From Candidatus Kerfeldbacteria bacterium RIFCSPLOWO2_02_FULL_42_19 (GTDB taxonomy: Bacteria; Patescibacteriota; Patescibacteriia; HO2-48-17), in the NCBI GenBank assembly GCA_001818315.1, contig MHKF01000018.1, positions 64,325 to 128,324 on the forward strand: 64,000 nt of DNA, given 5' to 3'. Numbering within the stretch: the first letter of the stretch is position 1; every line of letters begins with the position of its first letter. The notes beneath the pieces are model-generated. The model had not been told where the DNA came from and did no database searches. It worked only from the letters and a program-made list of their open reading frames with translations. The translations under genes were made by a program, and so were the position numbers. This document shows, in pieces, positions 29,724-40,375 of the stretch.

Positions 29724-30476
29724 TTATGTTTTTTTGTTTGTTGCGCGCGGCAATTCATTTCGAAATGGTTTTCCGGTACGCGCGGTTTTGACGAAATTGA
29801 GGAGATATTTTACAAAATCAAATGTTGGTTTGTAGCGCCTCGAATGTGTTGCGATCATGAGTTTTGGGTCGAAAAAAATCTTTCCAATTTTTTTTACTCG
29901 TTGTGAAAGTTCAATATCCTCACCAAATTTGAAATTGACATTAAATCCGCCAGCTTGCAAAAAAATGTCTCTGCGGATAGCAAAATTCGTTCCGGGGAGA
30001 TGATTCGTGCCTTTCCCAAGTTTTTTATCCGCCCACATCATCTTTGGGAATATTTTTGCTGCAAGCCAGTTCCATAATTTTCCTCTATCCGAGAAAGTAT
30101 AAGGCCCCCACACAGCTCCGTACTTTTTGTTTGTTTTCATGATGTTATGGATCGTTTGTAACCAATGTTTTGGGACGATACTATCTGCATCTGTACTTGC
30201 AATAATACTCCCTCGTGTGTGCATAAAACCTGTTTGCCTTGCATAACCTACTCCCCTGTGTTGTTCTTTGAGAATGGTCACATTAAATTTTTTTGCCAAA
30301 GCAATGGTTGCATCTTGACTTCCGTTGTCGACCACAATAATTTCGTAAGGTGCGCCTATATTTTGTTCACTCAGTGCCTTGAGACATGCGGTGATGAGTC
30401 TTGCTTCATTGTACGCTGGAACTACGACGGAGATTATCGGTTGCTTTTGTAATTTTTGTTCTTGTATGCAGTACAT
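29724..30476 (-). CDS. Glycosyltransferase family 2
   Basis: ISVVVPAYNEARLI...YEIIVVDNGSQDAT (GT-A DxD region). Track start 30722 overlaps the upstream gene; ATG at 30476 (MYCIQEQ) gives a 251-aa protein. Confidence 0.75.
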   Translation of the reverse strand: MYCIQEQKLQKQPIISVVVPAYNEARLITACLKALSEQNIGAPYEIIVVDNGSQDATIALAKKFNVTILKEQHRGVGYARQTGFMHTRGSIIASTDADSIVPKHWLQTIHNIMKTNKKYGAVWGPYTFSDRGKLWNWLAAKIFPKMMWADKKLGKGTNHLPGTNFAIRRDIFLQAGGFNVNFKFGEDIELSQRVKKIGKIFFDPKLMIATHSRRYKPTFDFVKYLLNFVKTARTGKPFRNELPRATNKKT

Positions 30477-30481
30477 AACGT

Positions 30482-31987
30482 TTATATTTTTCGAGTCTTT
30501 TTCGTCACGTGAAATCCGAGATATTTCCCAAACATAAGACGCGTTTGTGCATCGATTGCGCACACTGAACCAAAACAAATAAGAGATATAGGAAGAAGCA
30601 ACCATTGGACGATCATGATGAGATATTTTGTTTTTTTGTATCGCTTTGGTCGCGGTGGAAGTAATACCGTGCTCATAGCGACCGAAAGCAGCAGTCCGAT
30701 GCTCGATATACGCATTAGCCATTGTAAAATAGATGGCGCATTCTGGGCAATAATAGTAGATTGTACGGCATCGTCAGCGAGTCGTAAGGGTAAGTAGCCT
30801 AAAAGCAGAATGAGTATTGGGGCTGTTGCCCATGCATGCATGCCCTCAAGTTGTGCGAAAATATAGCGGATTTTTATTTTGAGTGGCATCGCTTTGTTGC
30901 TAAAAAAATTCCATATCATATACGGAATATTCTCTACTCCCCATGCCCAACGACGTTGTTGTTGATACAAGGTTTTGAGGGTTTTCCACCAGTTTTCACT
31001 GAGGACGCTATCCATCGATACTGGAATGTGCATTGGTACCATGGAATAATTCCCCTCATATTCTATGAGGCATTGTACGAAAACTCTGGAGTCTTCTGAT
31101 ACAATATCCCGTCGCCAGAATCCTATATCCACTAACGCTCGGAAGCTCATACTGTGCGAAGAAAAGGTGAGCAGTTTTTCTGGACGTGTTTGTTCTGTCA
31201 TCATCCAAAATGTTGTGCCATACGATGCGACACGTACAATGGCAGGCGCATCCCAAATGTTGTTATGAAATACAGGAATCGGTTGATAGCTTGCTCGCGT
31301 TGGATGTGGCTGTGTTCGATACATATACGTCAAGTATGTAAAGTATTGTTTTGGAATTTGTGTATCAATGTCAAAGACTGAGACGATAATATCTTCATAC
31401 GGGATTTGATGGCGATCAATGAATGTTCGAGCTTTTATTCCCGCATCATGAATATTTGATCCCTTCCCCTGTATTTCCTCTTGTGGGTTCAAAGTGTGTT
31501 CTGTTGTTAAAAATCCAAAAAAATGATGAGCGAATTTCTTTTCGAGCGTCGTCGCATATTTTTTACCTCCCTTTGCGTCTGCTTTTTCCGTAGCATACAC
31601 GACGATACATTGTTTGAGTGGAAATTCGCTGTTCAACAGACTATCGAAACAACCCTGAATCACTTCAAGGCTTTCACCGAATGTTGGGAGAATAATGAGA
31701 TGAATTGTTTTCTGAAAATTTTTGAGTGTCTGACATTTTGCGAGCCAGTCTGTTCGCATGACTTTTTTCATGCGGATAAAAGTTATAAGCTGAAAATATG
31801 AAAGATACAATATTTTAAGGAGCCAATAAAGATCAAAAAGCAGAATATAGTATATGACCCATAACGGGCGTACGAAACTCAAGCCAATTGCTACAATAAA
31901 AGTGCTCCACACAATAGCTCCTGGAAGTATTTCGAGTGCACGATACGCTTGATACTGTGAAAGATAAAACCAGTGAAATCTACGCAT
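30482..31987 (-). CDS. Membrane-embedded processive family-2 glycosyltransferase (cellulose/chitin/PNAG synthase-like)
   Basis: N- and C-terminal TM helices flanking a GT-A domain with SEDSRVF (ED) and QQQRRWAWG (QxxRW) motifs. Confidence 0.7.
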   Translation of the reverse strand: MRRFHWFYLSQYQAYRALEILPGAIVWSTFIVAIGLSFVRPLWVIYYILLFDLYWLLKILYLSYFQLITFIRMKKVMRTDWLAKCQTLKNFQKTIHLIILPTFGESLEVIQGCFDSLLNSEFPLKQCIVVYATEKADAKGGKKYATTLEKKFAHHFFGFLTTEHTLNPQEEIQGKGSNIHDAGIKARTFIDRHQIPYEDIIVSVFDIDTQIPKQYFTYLTYMYRTQPHPTRASYQPIPVFHNNIWDAPAIVRVASYGTTFWMMTEQTRPEKLLTFSSHSMSFRALVDIGFWRRDIVSEDSRVFVQCLIEYEGNYSMVPMHIPVSMDSVLSENWWKTLKTLYQQQRRWAWGVENIPYMIWNFFSNKAMPLKIKIRYIFAQLEGMHAWATAPILILLLGYLPLRLADDAVQSTIIAQNAPSILQWLMRISSIGLLLSVAMSTVLLPPRPKRYKKTKYLIMIVQWLLLPISLICFGSVCAIDAQTRLMFGKYLGFHVTKKTRKI

Positions 31988-31999
31988 GGAGATGACTTA

Positions 32000-33163
32000 T
32001 CATTTCAAAGTTTGGATGATCGCATACCCTATACCTATTACGAAAAGCGCGTACATGCCGTATTTGAGAGTCTTCGGGAGCATGAGTTGGAATGCTACCG
32101 ATTTTTTTTGTTTGTTTTGTACTTTCGTATGCATCATAAGAATGAGTATGCCATCGAGGCCGCCAACAATAGCTCCACCGAGACCGAGTATTTCTATAAA
32201 ACTCAACAGATCAAGCGTCACAATAATGAATGGGATGCTGATGACTAAAAGCCATGCCGTATTTCGTGATAATTGTAAATCATATTCATATGATTCTTTC
32301 AGTACGATCCCAAGTGTCATGAATGATGTTGTCATTGCGAGAATACCAAAAATGCTGCCTATTACAAGAATGAAAGGTCCGAGTTTTTGACCAAGTCCGA
32401 TTATTGCACTTTCGGAAGTTGCAGATCCTGTTATTCCGATGACTATGATGGTAAAGAGAATATAAACGAGGATGGTGATACTTGATCCTGTGAGGATAGC
32501 CCTTTTGAGGGTGTGTTGTTTGTTTTTCAGAATTTCGTGCATTGCTGGTATTGCTGATGCTGCCCCAAGAGCAAAAAGAATCACTCCATAAGGTTGCATG
32601 AAATATTCAAGCGCATGCTCTTGAAAATAATGCTGTATTTCTATAAAAGGAAATCCCCATACACTGATGAGTGCTATGATTCCTAGGAGTGCTATGACCA
32701 TTATTTTTTCGACCGTCACAACCATGCGTAGACCAAGGTACAGTACGATAGCCATGAGAAGAAAGAAAATGTTGCTGTAAATTTTTGCTGAACCTCCTAA
32801 GAGTGGACTAACAATCGCATGAAGAAAATTTCCAACCTCGATGGTGTACGCCACGAGTGCGCTGTAGATTCCAAAAAAAAGCGCAAGCCATGCGCATATC
32901 TGTCCTTTTCTTCCAAAGTAAATTTTTGCATATCCTGCTAATTGATGCTGTCCCGGAGTCCGTGTAATGACCTCGCCGTAAGCGAGCACCACAAGGGTAA
33001 TAAGACTGCCGAGTATGACAATATGGAGCATGCCAATCCAAAAGCCTGCTTTATTCACAACATACGGTATACCAAAAACTCCTGCACCGATTGCAGTGCC
33101 GATGTAAATAGCAACAGCTCCAAAAAATCGCTGCCTTTTTACTTGTTCAGTGACGTATTGCAT
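32000..33163 (-). CDS. Amino acid permease (APC superfamily, HAAAP/aromatic amino acid transporter-like)
   Basis: ~11 predicted TM helices, N-terminal AIYIGTAIGAGVFGIPY motif typical of Mtr/TnaB/TyrP/SdaC-type permeases. Confidence 0.55.
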   Translation of the reverse strand: MQYVTEQVKRQRFFGAVAIYIGTAIGAGVFGIPYVVNKAGFWIGMLHIVILGSLITLVVLAYGEVITRTPGQHQLAGYAKIYFGRKGQICAWLALFFGIYSALVAYTIEVGNFLHAIVSPLLGGSAKIYSNIFFLLMAIVLYLGLRMVVTVEKIMVIALLGIIALISVWGFPFIEIQHYFQEHALEYFMQPYGVILFALGAASAIPAMHEILKNKQHTLKRAILTGSSITILVYILFTIIVIGITGSATSESAIIGLGQKLGPFILVIGSIFGILAMTTSFMTLGIVLKESYEYDLQLSRNTAWLLVISIPFIIVTLDLLSFIEILGLGGAIVGGLDGILILMMHTKVQNKQKKSVAFQLMLPKTLKYGMYALFVIGIGYAIIQTLK

Positions 33164-33166
33164 GGA

Positions 33167-34423
33167 TTATTCGTAGCGCAGTGCTTCTATGGGGTGTTTT
33201 CGAGCAGCTTTTGATGCTGGCATAATACCGAAAATAATGCCGGTTGCTACGGAAATACCGAATGCAATAATAAAACTTTTCCAAGAAACTATCGTCGGTA
33301 TGTTCGCGAATTTTTGAATGAGTATTCCCCCGCCAATAGCACAAAGAATGCCAATAATACCCCCGACGATACTTAATGTTGAGGCTTCGGTTAAGAATTG
33401 AACGAGAATATTTCCATTGGTGGCGCCTATAGCTTTTCTGAGTCCAATTTCTTTTGTTCTTTCGGTGACAGAAACGAGCATAATATTCATAATGCCGATA
33501 CCACCAACAATAAGTGATATTGCCGCGATGCTGAGCACTGCTTGTGTGAGTATCGAAAAGAAGCTGTTAAAAACATTCAGAACATCTTCTTGTGTCAGGA
33601 CAGAAAAATCTTCTACATCTTTATGATTTGCTTTTACAACTTCTCGGATGCGGTTTTTCGCATTTTCGACCTCTTCCGCGCTTTTGATCTTGTTGAGGAT
33701 ACGATATACGACATCCTCTCCAGTTATTTCTTTTGCCACCGATCGTGGAGTCACAATCACATCATTCGCATCTGAACTTCCAAAATTCAGAGCCTCTTCT
33801 CGTATTTTTAGGACACCTGTAATCAGAAAATCTTCTCCCAGAAGTGTAAGTTTTTTTCCGATCAGTTCTTGCGCGATTTCTTGATCCGTCTGCTCACCTT
33901 CCTCACTATTTTGAATAATTTTTTTTGCCGCGCCGCCACCGAGCACTACGACGCGTTGCTTTTCCTCAAATTCTTGTTGAGTGAAGTATTCCCCTGCTGC
34001 GAGTTCGTTTTCCACAATTTCAAAATACGTTGGTGATGTGCTCATGGGCAGAAGATTCAGTATCTCATGATCATCGTACTTGGGTGTTGCTGAAAGCAGC
34101 GTCATCGGAGCGTTCTTTTCTACAAGATCGACTTCCTCCAGAATTTTTTCTGCGTCACTTTCGGTGAGTGTGCTGACACCAAATGACGCCGAAGGATTGA
34201 AATTCCCACTTTCGATATCTATTTTTCCAGGAGTCACCACAACAATATTGGAGCCAAGTTCTTGTATTTGTTGTCCAAATTCTTTTTTAAGGCCATCCCC
34301 AATTGCCATGAGAATGCTTACCGAAAATACTCCAATAATAACGCCGAGCATTGTCAGTAATGACCTGACTTTGCTATTAAAAAGCGCGGTGAAGGCAAAT
34401 TTAATATTCTCTATGAAAAGCAT
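33167..34423 (-). CDS. ABC transporter permease, MacB/FtsX-like
   Basis: N-terminal TM, large periplasmic MacB-like domain, C-terminal FtsX 3-TM bundle (GIGIMNIMLVSVTERTKEIGLRKAIGA). Confidence 0.8.
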   Translation of the reverse strand: MLFIENIKFAFTALFNSKVRSLLTMLGVIIGVFSVSILMAIGDGLKKEFGQQIQELGSNIVVVTPGKIDIESGNFNPSASFGVSTLTESDAEKILEEVDLVEKNAPMTLLSATPKYDDHEILNLLPMSTSPTYFEIVENELAAGEYFTQQEFEEKQRVVVLGGGAAKKIIQNSEEGEQTDQEIAQELIGKKLTLLGEDFLITGVLKIREEALNFGSSDANDVIVTPRSVAKEITGEDVVYRILNKIKSAEEVENAKNRIREVVKANHKDVEDFSVLTQEDVLNVFNSFFSILTQAVLSIAAISLIVGGIGIMNIMLVSVTERTKEIGLRKAIGATNGNILVQFLTEASTLSIVGGIIGILCAIGGGILIQKFANIPTIVSWKSFIIAFGISVATGIIFGIMPASKAARKHPIEALRYE

Positions 34424-34435
34424 ATATCGATTTAC

Positions 34436-35113
34436 TTAACTGCGAACAATTTTTCCATCTTTCAGACATATAATTCTTTCTGCTTCTTTTGCAATTTCCG
34501 CATCATGTGTAACAACGATTATTGTTCGCCCTTCTTTTTGCAGCTGTTTAAAAATTTTCATAATTTCTTTTCCAGAGTGACTGTCTAAATTTCCTGTTGG
34601 TTCATCGGCAAGAATAAGTGTCGGATTGTTTGTGAGAGCGCGAGCAATGGCAACGCGTTGTTTTTCGCCACCGGATAATTCATTCGGTTTGTGCTTCATG
34701 CGTTCTCCTAAGCCCACCTGTTCAAGGAGTTGTTTCGCACGTTCTTTGGCTGTTCCACGCGGTTGTCTGCCGTAAATCGCCGGAAGCAAAACATTTTTGA
34801 AAGCAGAAAGTCTTGGAAGTAAATTAAAAGTTTGAAACACAAAGCCGATTGTTTTAAGACGAATGCGTGCCATTTCTTTCGAGTTCAAATCTGCGATATT
34901 ATGATCGTCAATAACAATTTCACCACTTTCTGGTTTATCAAGTAAACCGATGACGTGCAAGAGACTTGATTTACCAGAACCTGATGGACCCATAATCGCT
35001 ACGAATTCCCCTTTGTTGATGTTGATATTAATATTTTTTAACGCTTCCACGTTATTTTGTTTTGTGAGTCTGTATGTTTTTGATACGTTTTTGAGTTTCA
35101 GGATCTCGCTCAT
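34436..35113 (-). CDS. ABC transporter ATP-binding protein (MacB/LolD-type)
   Basis: Walker [10 protein letters not shown], signature [15 protein letters not shown], Walker [12 protein letters not shown]. Confidence 0.9.
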   Translation of the reverse strand: MSEILKLKNVSKTYRLTKQNNVEALKNINININKGEFVAIMGPSGSGKSSLLHVIGLLDKPESGEIVIDDHNIADLNSKEMARIRLKTIGFVFQTFNLLPRLSAFKNVLLPAIYGRQPRGTAKERAKQLLEQVGLGERMKHKPNELSGGEKQRVAIARALTNNPTLILADEPTGNLDSHSGKEIMKIFKQLQKEGRTIIVVTHDAEIAKEAERIICLKDGKIVRS

Positions 35114-35134
35114 AATTTTTGGTTCCTACCTTTC

Positions 35135-36274
35135 TTATTCAAACGTAACACTTCTATCTTCTGGTACAATTTGAATCCATGTTGCGCCTCTGCGTAAATC
35201 AATATCCTTCTTTTCTGCCGTCAGAAATTTCATACGATCTTCGCGATTTTCTTTTTTCCATGTTCCGATAATGACTTCTCCATCTCGTGCCACAGAGACC
35301 TTCCCCTCCCCGTGTATGTCGAGAGTTAATCGTCCTTTTTCGCCTACAGCAAGTATTTTTGGAATCGTAATAATAATAACATTTTTTGCACGGATTTGCT
35401 GATTGTTATTCCTATCCATATGAGGTCTGCTGGCATTGAAACGCAGATATTCTTTTGTCGTTTCATCGAATTGATATTCAACTTGATAGGAAATACCAGA
35501 GGAGTAATTAATAGTTATTTTTTTTGCGTTTTGCGTGTCTGTATTTTGTTTTTTTTCACTGGAATCTTGAAAATTCCAAGTTACATATTCAGGTACTGCA
35601 TCCCAAAAATTTCGATCGTGAAGCGCCCGTTGTAAGAGTTCGCTTGAGGTAAAAAGATTATGCGGTGCAGGTGTTCCTTTTTCTCGCCAAAAATATGGAG
35701 CTGATCCTCGAATTTGATTGAGGTCATTGATGTGATCACTATCAATCATTTGCAATGCTTCTGGGCTGCCTCCTGCATGAGCAAGGAGTGCTCCACCTTT
35801 TCCGTATTCTTGTGCCCATTCGACATAATATGGCCTCACGGAGCGCACCGGTCCAATTTTTGGAATATTTTCAATTTGCGGATCAAAGAGCGCTAAAAAA
35901 CGAGTAATCCCTCCTTCGACCAAGGATTCATAGACGACGGCTGCCTGACTGAGGCCGGCTTGCGGGCGTACGGTAATCAGATTTTCGATCATCACTGCTA
36001 CTGGCCAATTGTTAGTTTCTTTTGTGTCAACAGTACGTCCATCAAGTTTTCTGGCGGTAGTCGTTGGAATCTCTTTCGTTGTATTATTATTTTTTTGCGC
36101 GGATTTTCCTGTATTCTTTGCTGTTTTTTGTGCTATAAATTGCGTTATCGGGTTTTTGACTAAGGCATAACTAATGGTGCTCCACGCAAAAAACATTCCA
36201 ACAATAAGCAGCACTATAATAATACCGTATTCAAAGAACTTTGGATGGAGTTTTTGTATTTTTTCCAAAAGCAT
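35135..36274 (-). CDS. DUF3048 (YerB-like) domain protein, paralog 1
   Basis: WPVAVMIENLITVRPQAGLSQAAVVYESLVEGGITRFLALF...GPVRSVRPYYVEWAQEYG core shared with the next gene. Confidence 0.6.
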   Translation of the reverse strand: MLLEKIQKLHPKFFEYGIIIVLLIVGMFFAWSTISYALVKNPITQFIAQKTAKNTGKSAQKNNNTTKEIPTTTARKLDGRTVDTKETNNWPVAVMIENLITVRPQAGLSQAAVVYESLVEGGITRFLALFDPQIENIPKIGPVRSVRPYYVEWAQEYGKGGALLAHAGGSPEALQMIDSDHINDLNQIRGSAPYFWREKGTPAPHNLFTSSELLQRALHDRNFWDAVPEYVTWNFQDSSEKKQNTDTQNAKKITINYSSGISYQVEYQFDETTKEYLRFNASRPHMDRNNNQQIRAKNVIIITIPKILAVGEKGRLTLDIHGEGKVSVARDGEVIIGTWKKENREDRMKFLTAEKKDIDLRRGATWIQIVPEDRSVTFE

Positions 36275-36280
36275 ACAAGT

Positions 36281-37363
36281 TTATTTTTGAGTGTATAAAA
36301 CGTCACGATCTGGTGGGATAACCTCTATCCATACCGATCCTGGGTTTAGAGCGATGGATTTGCCGGTCGTATCATAAAAGTAGGTACGTTGTTTTGTGGC
36401 ACTATGTTCCCAGCGGCCTTCAATTTTTTTGCCGTCGAGAAATACAAAAGCATCACCGGCGCCTTCAGTTTGTATTCCGAGTAAACCCGAGCGCGGATCG
36501 ACGAGATTTGTTTGTGCGCGTTGGACGATAATATTTTTGACCTGCAGTTGTTCACCTGAATTTTTATCGAGATGAGCCTTTCCCCCGTTCGAACGTGCAT
36601 ATGCATTGGTTTCAGGATTATATATGTAGCGAACTTCATAATTATAGGTAGAAAAATCGAGCACGATTTCCTTTTTATTTTTTGTACGTATCGGTTCTTC
36701 TGTTTTGATTTGCCATGCTTCAAATGCATCGTTTTCTGGTGGTGTTACTTTGTTGTCTTGCGCGGCAATAGCCAACAATTCGCTTGAGGTAAAAAGATTA
36801 TGCGGCGGAAAACTTTCTTTCGTGCGCCAAAAATAAGCCTGATCTCCACCGATTTGATCTATATCAATAATGCCATTTGTCTGTAATATATTTAACGCTT
36901 CGAGACTTCCGCCTGCATGAGCAAATATTCCACCATATTCTTGCGTCCATTCTATAAAATAAGGACGAGCGGATCGTATAGGCCCGATTGTTTTTATTGG
37001 CGTTTCGAAAGTCTTGTATACAGCAAGAAATCGTGTAATTCCACCTTCAACGAGTGCTTCGTATACAACATCTGCTTCCTGCAAACCTGATTGCGGTCGA
37101 ATATCCACAAGGTTTTCTATTACAGCAGTATAGGGTATTGCTGTTTTACTTGTTTGAGTCGTTTCATTTGTTTCTATTGTATTGGTATTTATAATCTCTA
37201 CAGCTTTTGTGTTTTCAAGTGTTGCATCGTTCTTTCGAAAAATAAAAAAACCCACAAGGATCACAATGAGTATAAGAAAAACTATCAGAAAAATAATTGC
37301 GCTTGTTGTGTTTTCTTTTATTTTCCACCAGGCCTGCTTGAAGATATGCAGGAGTTTATTCAT
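36281..37363 (-). CDS. DUF3048 (YerB-like) domain protein, paralog 2
   Basis: VIENLVDIRPQSGLQEADVVYEALVEGGITRFLAVY...GPIRSARPYFIEWTQEYG; tandem paralog of 35135..36274. Confidence 0.6.
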   Translation of the reverse strand: MNKLLHIFKQAWWKIKENTTSAIIFLIVFLILIVILVGFFIFRKNDATLENTKAVEIINTNTIETNETTQTSKTAIPYTAVIENLVDIRPQSGLQEADVVYEALVEGGITRFLAVYKTFETPIKTIGPIRSARPYFIEWTQEYGGIFAHAGGSLEALNILQTNGIIDIDQIGGDQAYFWRTKESFPPHNLFTSSELLAIAAQDNKVTPPENDAFEAWQIKTEEPIRTKNKKEIVLDFSTYNYEVRYIYNPETNAYARSNGGKAHLDKNSGEQLQVKNIIVQRAQTNLVDPRSGLLGIQTEGAGDAFVFLDGKKIEGRWEHSATKQRTYFYDTTGKSIALNPGSVWIEVIPPDRDVLYTQK

Positions 37364-38000
37364 GAGTCTCTTTTTTAGCTGTCTCTTCTGGAGTTTGTGT
37401 TGGTGCTATCTCTTGTGCGGTCGGGGTCGGTTGTGCTTCTTCCACTTTTTGCGCCGTTGTGAGAACTATAGATTCTTCGGGGTCGTCGAGAATACGGATC
37501 GTTTTTGGTACTGTTACATCTTTAATACGCACATGATCTTCTAATGCCTTGAGTTGACTTAAATCAACGTTAATTTCCGCAATAAGATCATTTGGTAAGC
37601 ATTCAATGTGTAATGCGTCTTTTACTTTAATGAGTATCGCGTTCTGTTCTTTGACTATTGGTGACTCACCAATAAATTTTAATGGAATTTCGGTAGTAAT
37701 TTTTTCATCCATTCGTACTTGGTAAAAATCAACATGGAGCCATTGTCCAGTGAGCGGGTCGCTTTGCACGTCATGAATAATAACTTTTTGCGGCGGTTCC
37801 TTTTCAATCATTAAATCAATCAGGGTGTTTTCCCCCGCCTTTTCGTATATTTTTTTAAAATGGATCGCCGGGATACTCATGCTCCGATTTTTTATTCCAT
37901 GTCCGTAGAGAATCGCTGGAATCAAACCATTTTTTCGAAGTTTTATAGTTTTTTTACCAAATTCGATACGTTCTTGCGCTTGTATATGTAAAATTTTCAT
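37356..38000 (-). CDS. rplY: 50S ribosomal protein L25 / general stress protein Ctc form
   Basis: RIEFGKKTIKLRKNGLIPAILYGHGIKN, full-length Ctc-type with C-terminal extension. Confidence 0.85.
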   Translation of the reverse strand: MKILHIQAQERIEFGKKTIKLRKNGLIPAILYGHGIKNRSMSIPAIHFKKIYEKAGENTLIDLMIEKEPPQKVIIHDVQSDPLTGQWLHVDFYQVRMDEKITTEIPLKFIGESPIVKEQNAILIKVKDALHIECLPNDLIAEINVDLSQLKALEDHVRIKDVTVPKTIRILDDPEESIVLTTAQKVEEAQPTPTAQEIAPTQTPEETAKKETHE

Positions 38001-38016
38001 AATACTCTTTTTTCGT

Positions 38017-38361
38017 TTATCGCTCGTGAACTTTGTGGAGAATGTATTGAGTAAAGCGTTTGGATTGTATATATTGATAGACTTCGATCACATCATTGAA
38101 TGTCACTTTCTCTCTTTTTTGTAGACGTCGAATGTCTGCACTATTTGCATCGGTCACAAGTACGGCGGAATTAATCCCGAGGGCACTCAAAGCAATCAGT
38201 GCCATCATTGAAATGGAACAACGTTGGCAGCGAATATATATAAGTCTTGCGTTATCGCTTTGCCCAATGACTTCAGCTTTGAGTGGGTCGTAACGAAGAC
38301 GACACATCGGACAAAAGGATACAATTTTGAGACTTTCGTGAAATACTTCGGCGTATTCCAT
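38017..38361 (-). CDS. Small zinc-ribbon (CxxC...CxxC) hypothetical protein
   Basis: In-frame ATG at 38361 gives ~115 aa with SFCPMCRLRY...IRCQRCSIS. Track ORF extends to 38613 and overlaps the SEDS gene 3' end. Confidence 0.35.
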   Translation of the reverse strand: MEYAEVFHESLKIVSFCPMCRLRYDPLKAEVIGQSDNARLIYIRCQRCSISMMALIALSALGINSAVLVTDANSADIRRLQKREKVTFNDVIEVYQYIQSKRFTQYILHKVHER

Positions 38362-38420
38362 ACGTATTTTAAAATAGTGTCTGCTTTTTTTGAAACTATA
38401 GCATTTTATCAGATCATCTG

Positions 38421-39524
38421 TCAAACTTGCTTTTTGTGTCGAATGATAATGGATTGAATCAGGCCTATGAGTAAAAGATTTGCTACTAGAGAACTTCCAC
38501 CAGCGCTTATGAAGGGCAGTGGAATTCCAGTTATTGGCATAATGCCGATATTCATTCCTACATTGATAAACATCTGCACACCTAACAAGAGTACCGATAG
38601 GAGGAGTATCCACCTACCAAAAGTATCTTTCAATTTTACGATATATCGAAAGAGACTGAAAAAAAGCAATAAAAATCCGCTTAATACGACGCTTGCACCG
38701 ACAAAACCCAGCTCTTCTGCTATGACTGCGAATATAAAGTCTGTTTCTTTTTCTGGTAAAAATTTTAACTGACTTTGTGGGCCCAGACCCAATCCTCTTC
38801 CGAGGAGTTTTCCAGAGCCGACTGAAATCATGGATTGAATAACATTGTAACCTTTCCCTAAAGCATCTTTTTGCGGATTGAGCAAGAGTATGATGCGATT
38901 TTGCTGATAATCCTCTAAAAAAAACCAGGTGATAAACGGTATGATGCAGAGCAAGAGAATAATGATCAGACGCGCTTTGAATTCAATACGTATAAAAAGA
39001 AATGCAAGAGTCCAAACTATAACGAAAAGTGCAGCCGATCCAAAATCCGGTTGGAGTAATACAAGTGCTGTATAAAGGAGGGTGATGAGACCGCTGCCGA
39101 GTAGAGCTTTGAACGGTGTGTCGTTCCCGTATTTGGTGATCCAGGCCGCGAGATTGAGGATAAACATTATTTTTGCGATTTCCACCGGTTGGAATATAAA
39201 CCACTTGAGGTCAATCCATCCTGTTGTTCCGTGAATCGTTGTGCCGAATAATAAAACTAATATGAGTATGAGCACTCCCAGGAGCAAGATCACCCACGAC
39301 AGATGATACCACATACGATAATCAAGTCGTGATGCTATCAACACACATACTATTCCTATGCCTAGGGCAATCAATTGTGTTTTGAATTTTGCAATTGTGG
39401 GTACTTCGGCGTGCAGGCCGATGCTATAGATAGTCGCGAGGCTTAAGAGTATGAGGAGTACTATGCATAAAAGTGTTCGACGATCCCACGCTTTTAAAAA
39501 TGCAATATACTGTCGCCAACTCAT
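38421..39524 (-). CDS. SEDS-family peptidoglycan glycosyltransferase (RodA/FtsW)
   Basis: 10-TM topology, C-terminal PLPFISAGGSSL motif characteristic of FtsW/RodA/SpoVE. Confidence 0.85.
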   Translation of the reverse strand: MSWRQYIAFLKAWDRRTLLCIVLLILLSLATIYSIGLHAEVPTIAKFKTQLIALGIGIVCVLIASRLDYRMWYHLSWVILLLGVLILILVLLFGTTIHGTTGWIDLKWFIFQPVEIAKIMFILNLAAWITKYGNDTPFKALLGSGLITLLYTALVLLQPDFGSAALFVIVWTLAFLFIRIEFKARLIIILLLCIIPFITWFFLEDYQQNRIILLLNPQKDALGKGYNVIQSMISVGSGKLLGRGLGLGPQSQLKFLPEKETDFIFAVIAEELGFVGASVVLSGFLLLFFSLFRYIVKLKDTFGRWILLLSVLLLGVQMFINVGMNIGIMPITGIPLPFISAGGSSLVANLLLIGLIQSIIIRHKKQV

Positions 39525-39532
39525 TGTGCGTG

Positions 39533-40372
39533 TTACAAAATGATATTTTCTGGATCGAAGGTGTTAATCACGGGGATGATTTGTACTTCAGCCGATGGAG
39601 CAAATCCTCGATTCCACTGAACCTCGATCGTGTATTCAGTATCAACTTTGAGTGGACTGATACGCGCTTTCTTTGCTGCGATAATTTCTTCGTCAATGCG
39701 CAACAGAATGAGAAACGCTGCATCCCAAAAACCGTAAATTCCTTTATTTTTGACCTGCGTTTTGACTTGAGTAATGGTACTTTGTATTCCTGATGCGTCT
39801 TCAAGCTTGATTCTTTTATATTCTGGTTCACTGATAGTCACTTCTGTATCTAATGTTTCAAGTTTTTTTGTATTTTTCCATTCAATTTCGGTTATTTTTA
39901 CGGTATTTTTTAAATTTTCATCGAGGACGCCGGGTATTCCAAAGTGTACTATCACTGTTGATTTCTGTGGCTTGAGAAATATTGTTTCTTCCTCGAATAT
40001 TTTACCGGCAATAATAAACTGATAGGATAATTTATCTATCCTCCAGAATTCATTCGGATTTTCTACTTTCGTCGCTACATCTATTTTTCCTGGAACATCC
40101 GAAAGGAAACTTTGTATGCTTCCGATCACGGGTTTTTGTGGCTCTATAAATTTTCGTACTTCGCGATAATTGAGTGTGTTATTGGTGATATCTGCAGTAA
40201 TTTTATTACTGATAAAGAGCTCTCGTACATAGAGTGTTACTTGCAACAGAGCGAAACCTGTTAAAAGAATATCGAAAAAAAGCCATACTATAAGCAAAAT
40301 AAAACGCATCCCCTGTCGGTGCGTCACCCACCAGTATCCAAGTTGTAATTTTTTGCTACCGAGTTCGTACAT
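39533..40372 (-). CDS. Hypothetical membrane-anchored protein upstream of SEDS gene
   Basis: Single N-terminal TM (FILLIVWLFFDILLTGFALL); no recognizable motif; 8-nt gap to SEDS gene. Confidence 0.4.
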   Translation of the reverse strand: MYELGSKKLQLGYWWVTHRQGMRFILLIVWLFFDILLTGFALLQVTLYVRELFISNKITADITNNTLNYREVRKFIEPQKPVIGSIQSFLSDVPGKIDVATKVENPNEFWRIDKLSYQFIIAGKIFEEETIFLKPQKSTVIVHFGIPGVLDENLKNTVKITEIEWKNTKKLETLDTEVTISEPEYKRIKLEDASGIQSTITQVKTQVKNKGIYGFWDAAFLILLRIDEEIIAAKKARISPLKVDTEYTIEVQWNRGFAPSAEVQIIPVINTFDPENIIL

Positions 40373-40375
40373 ATT

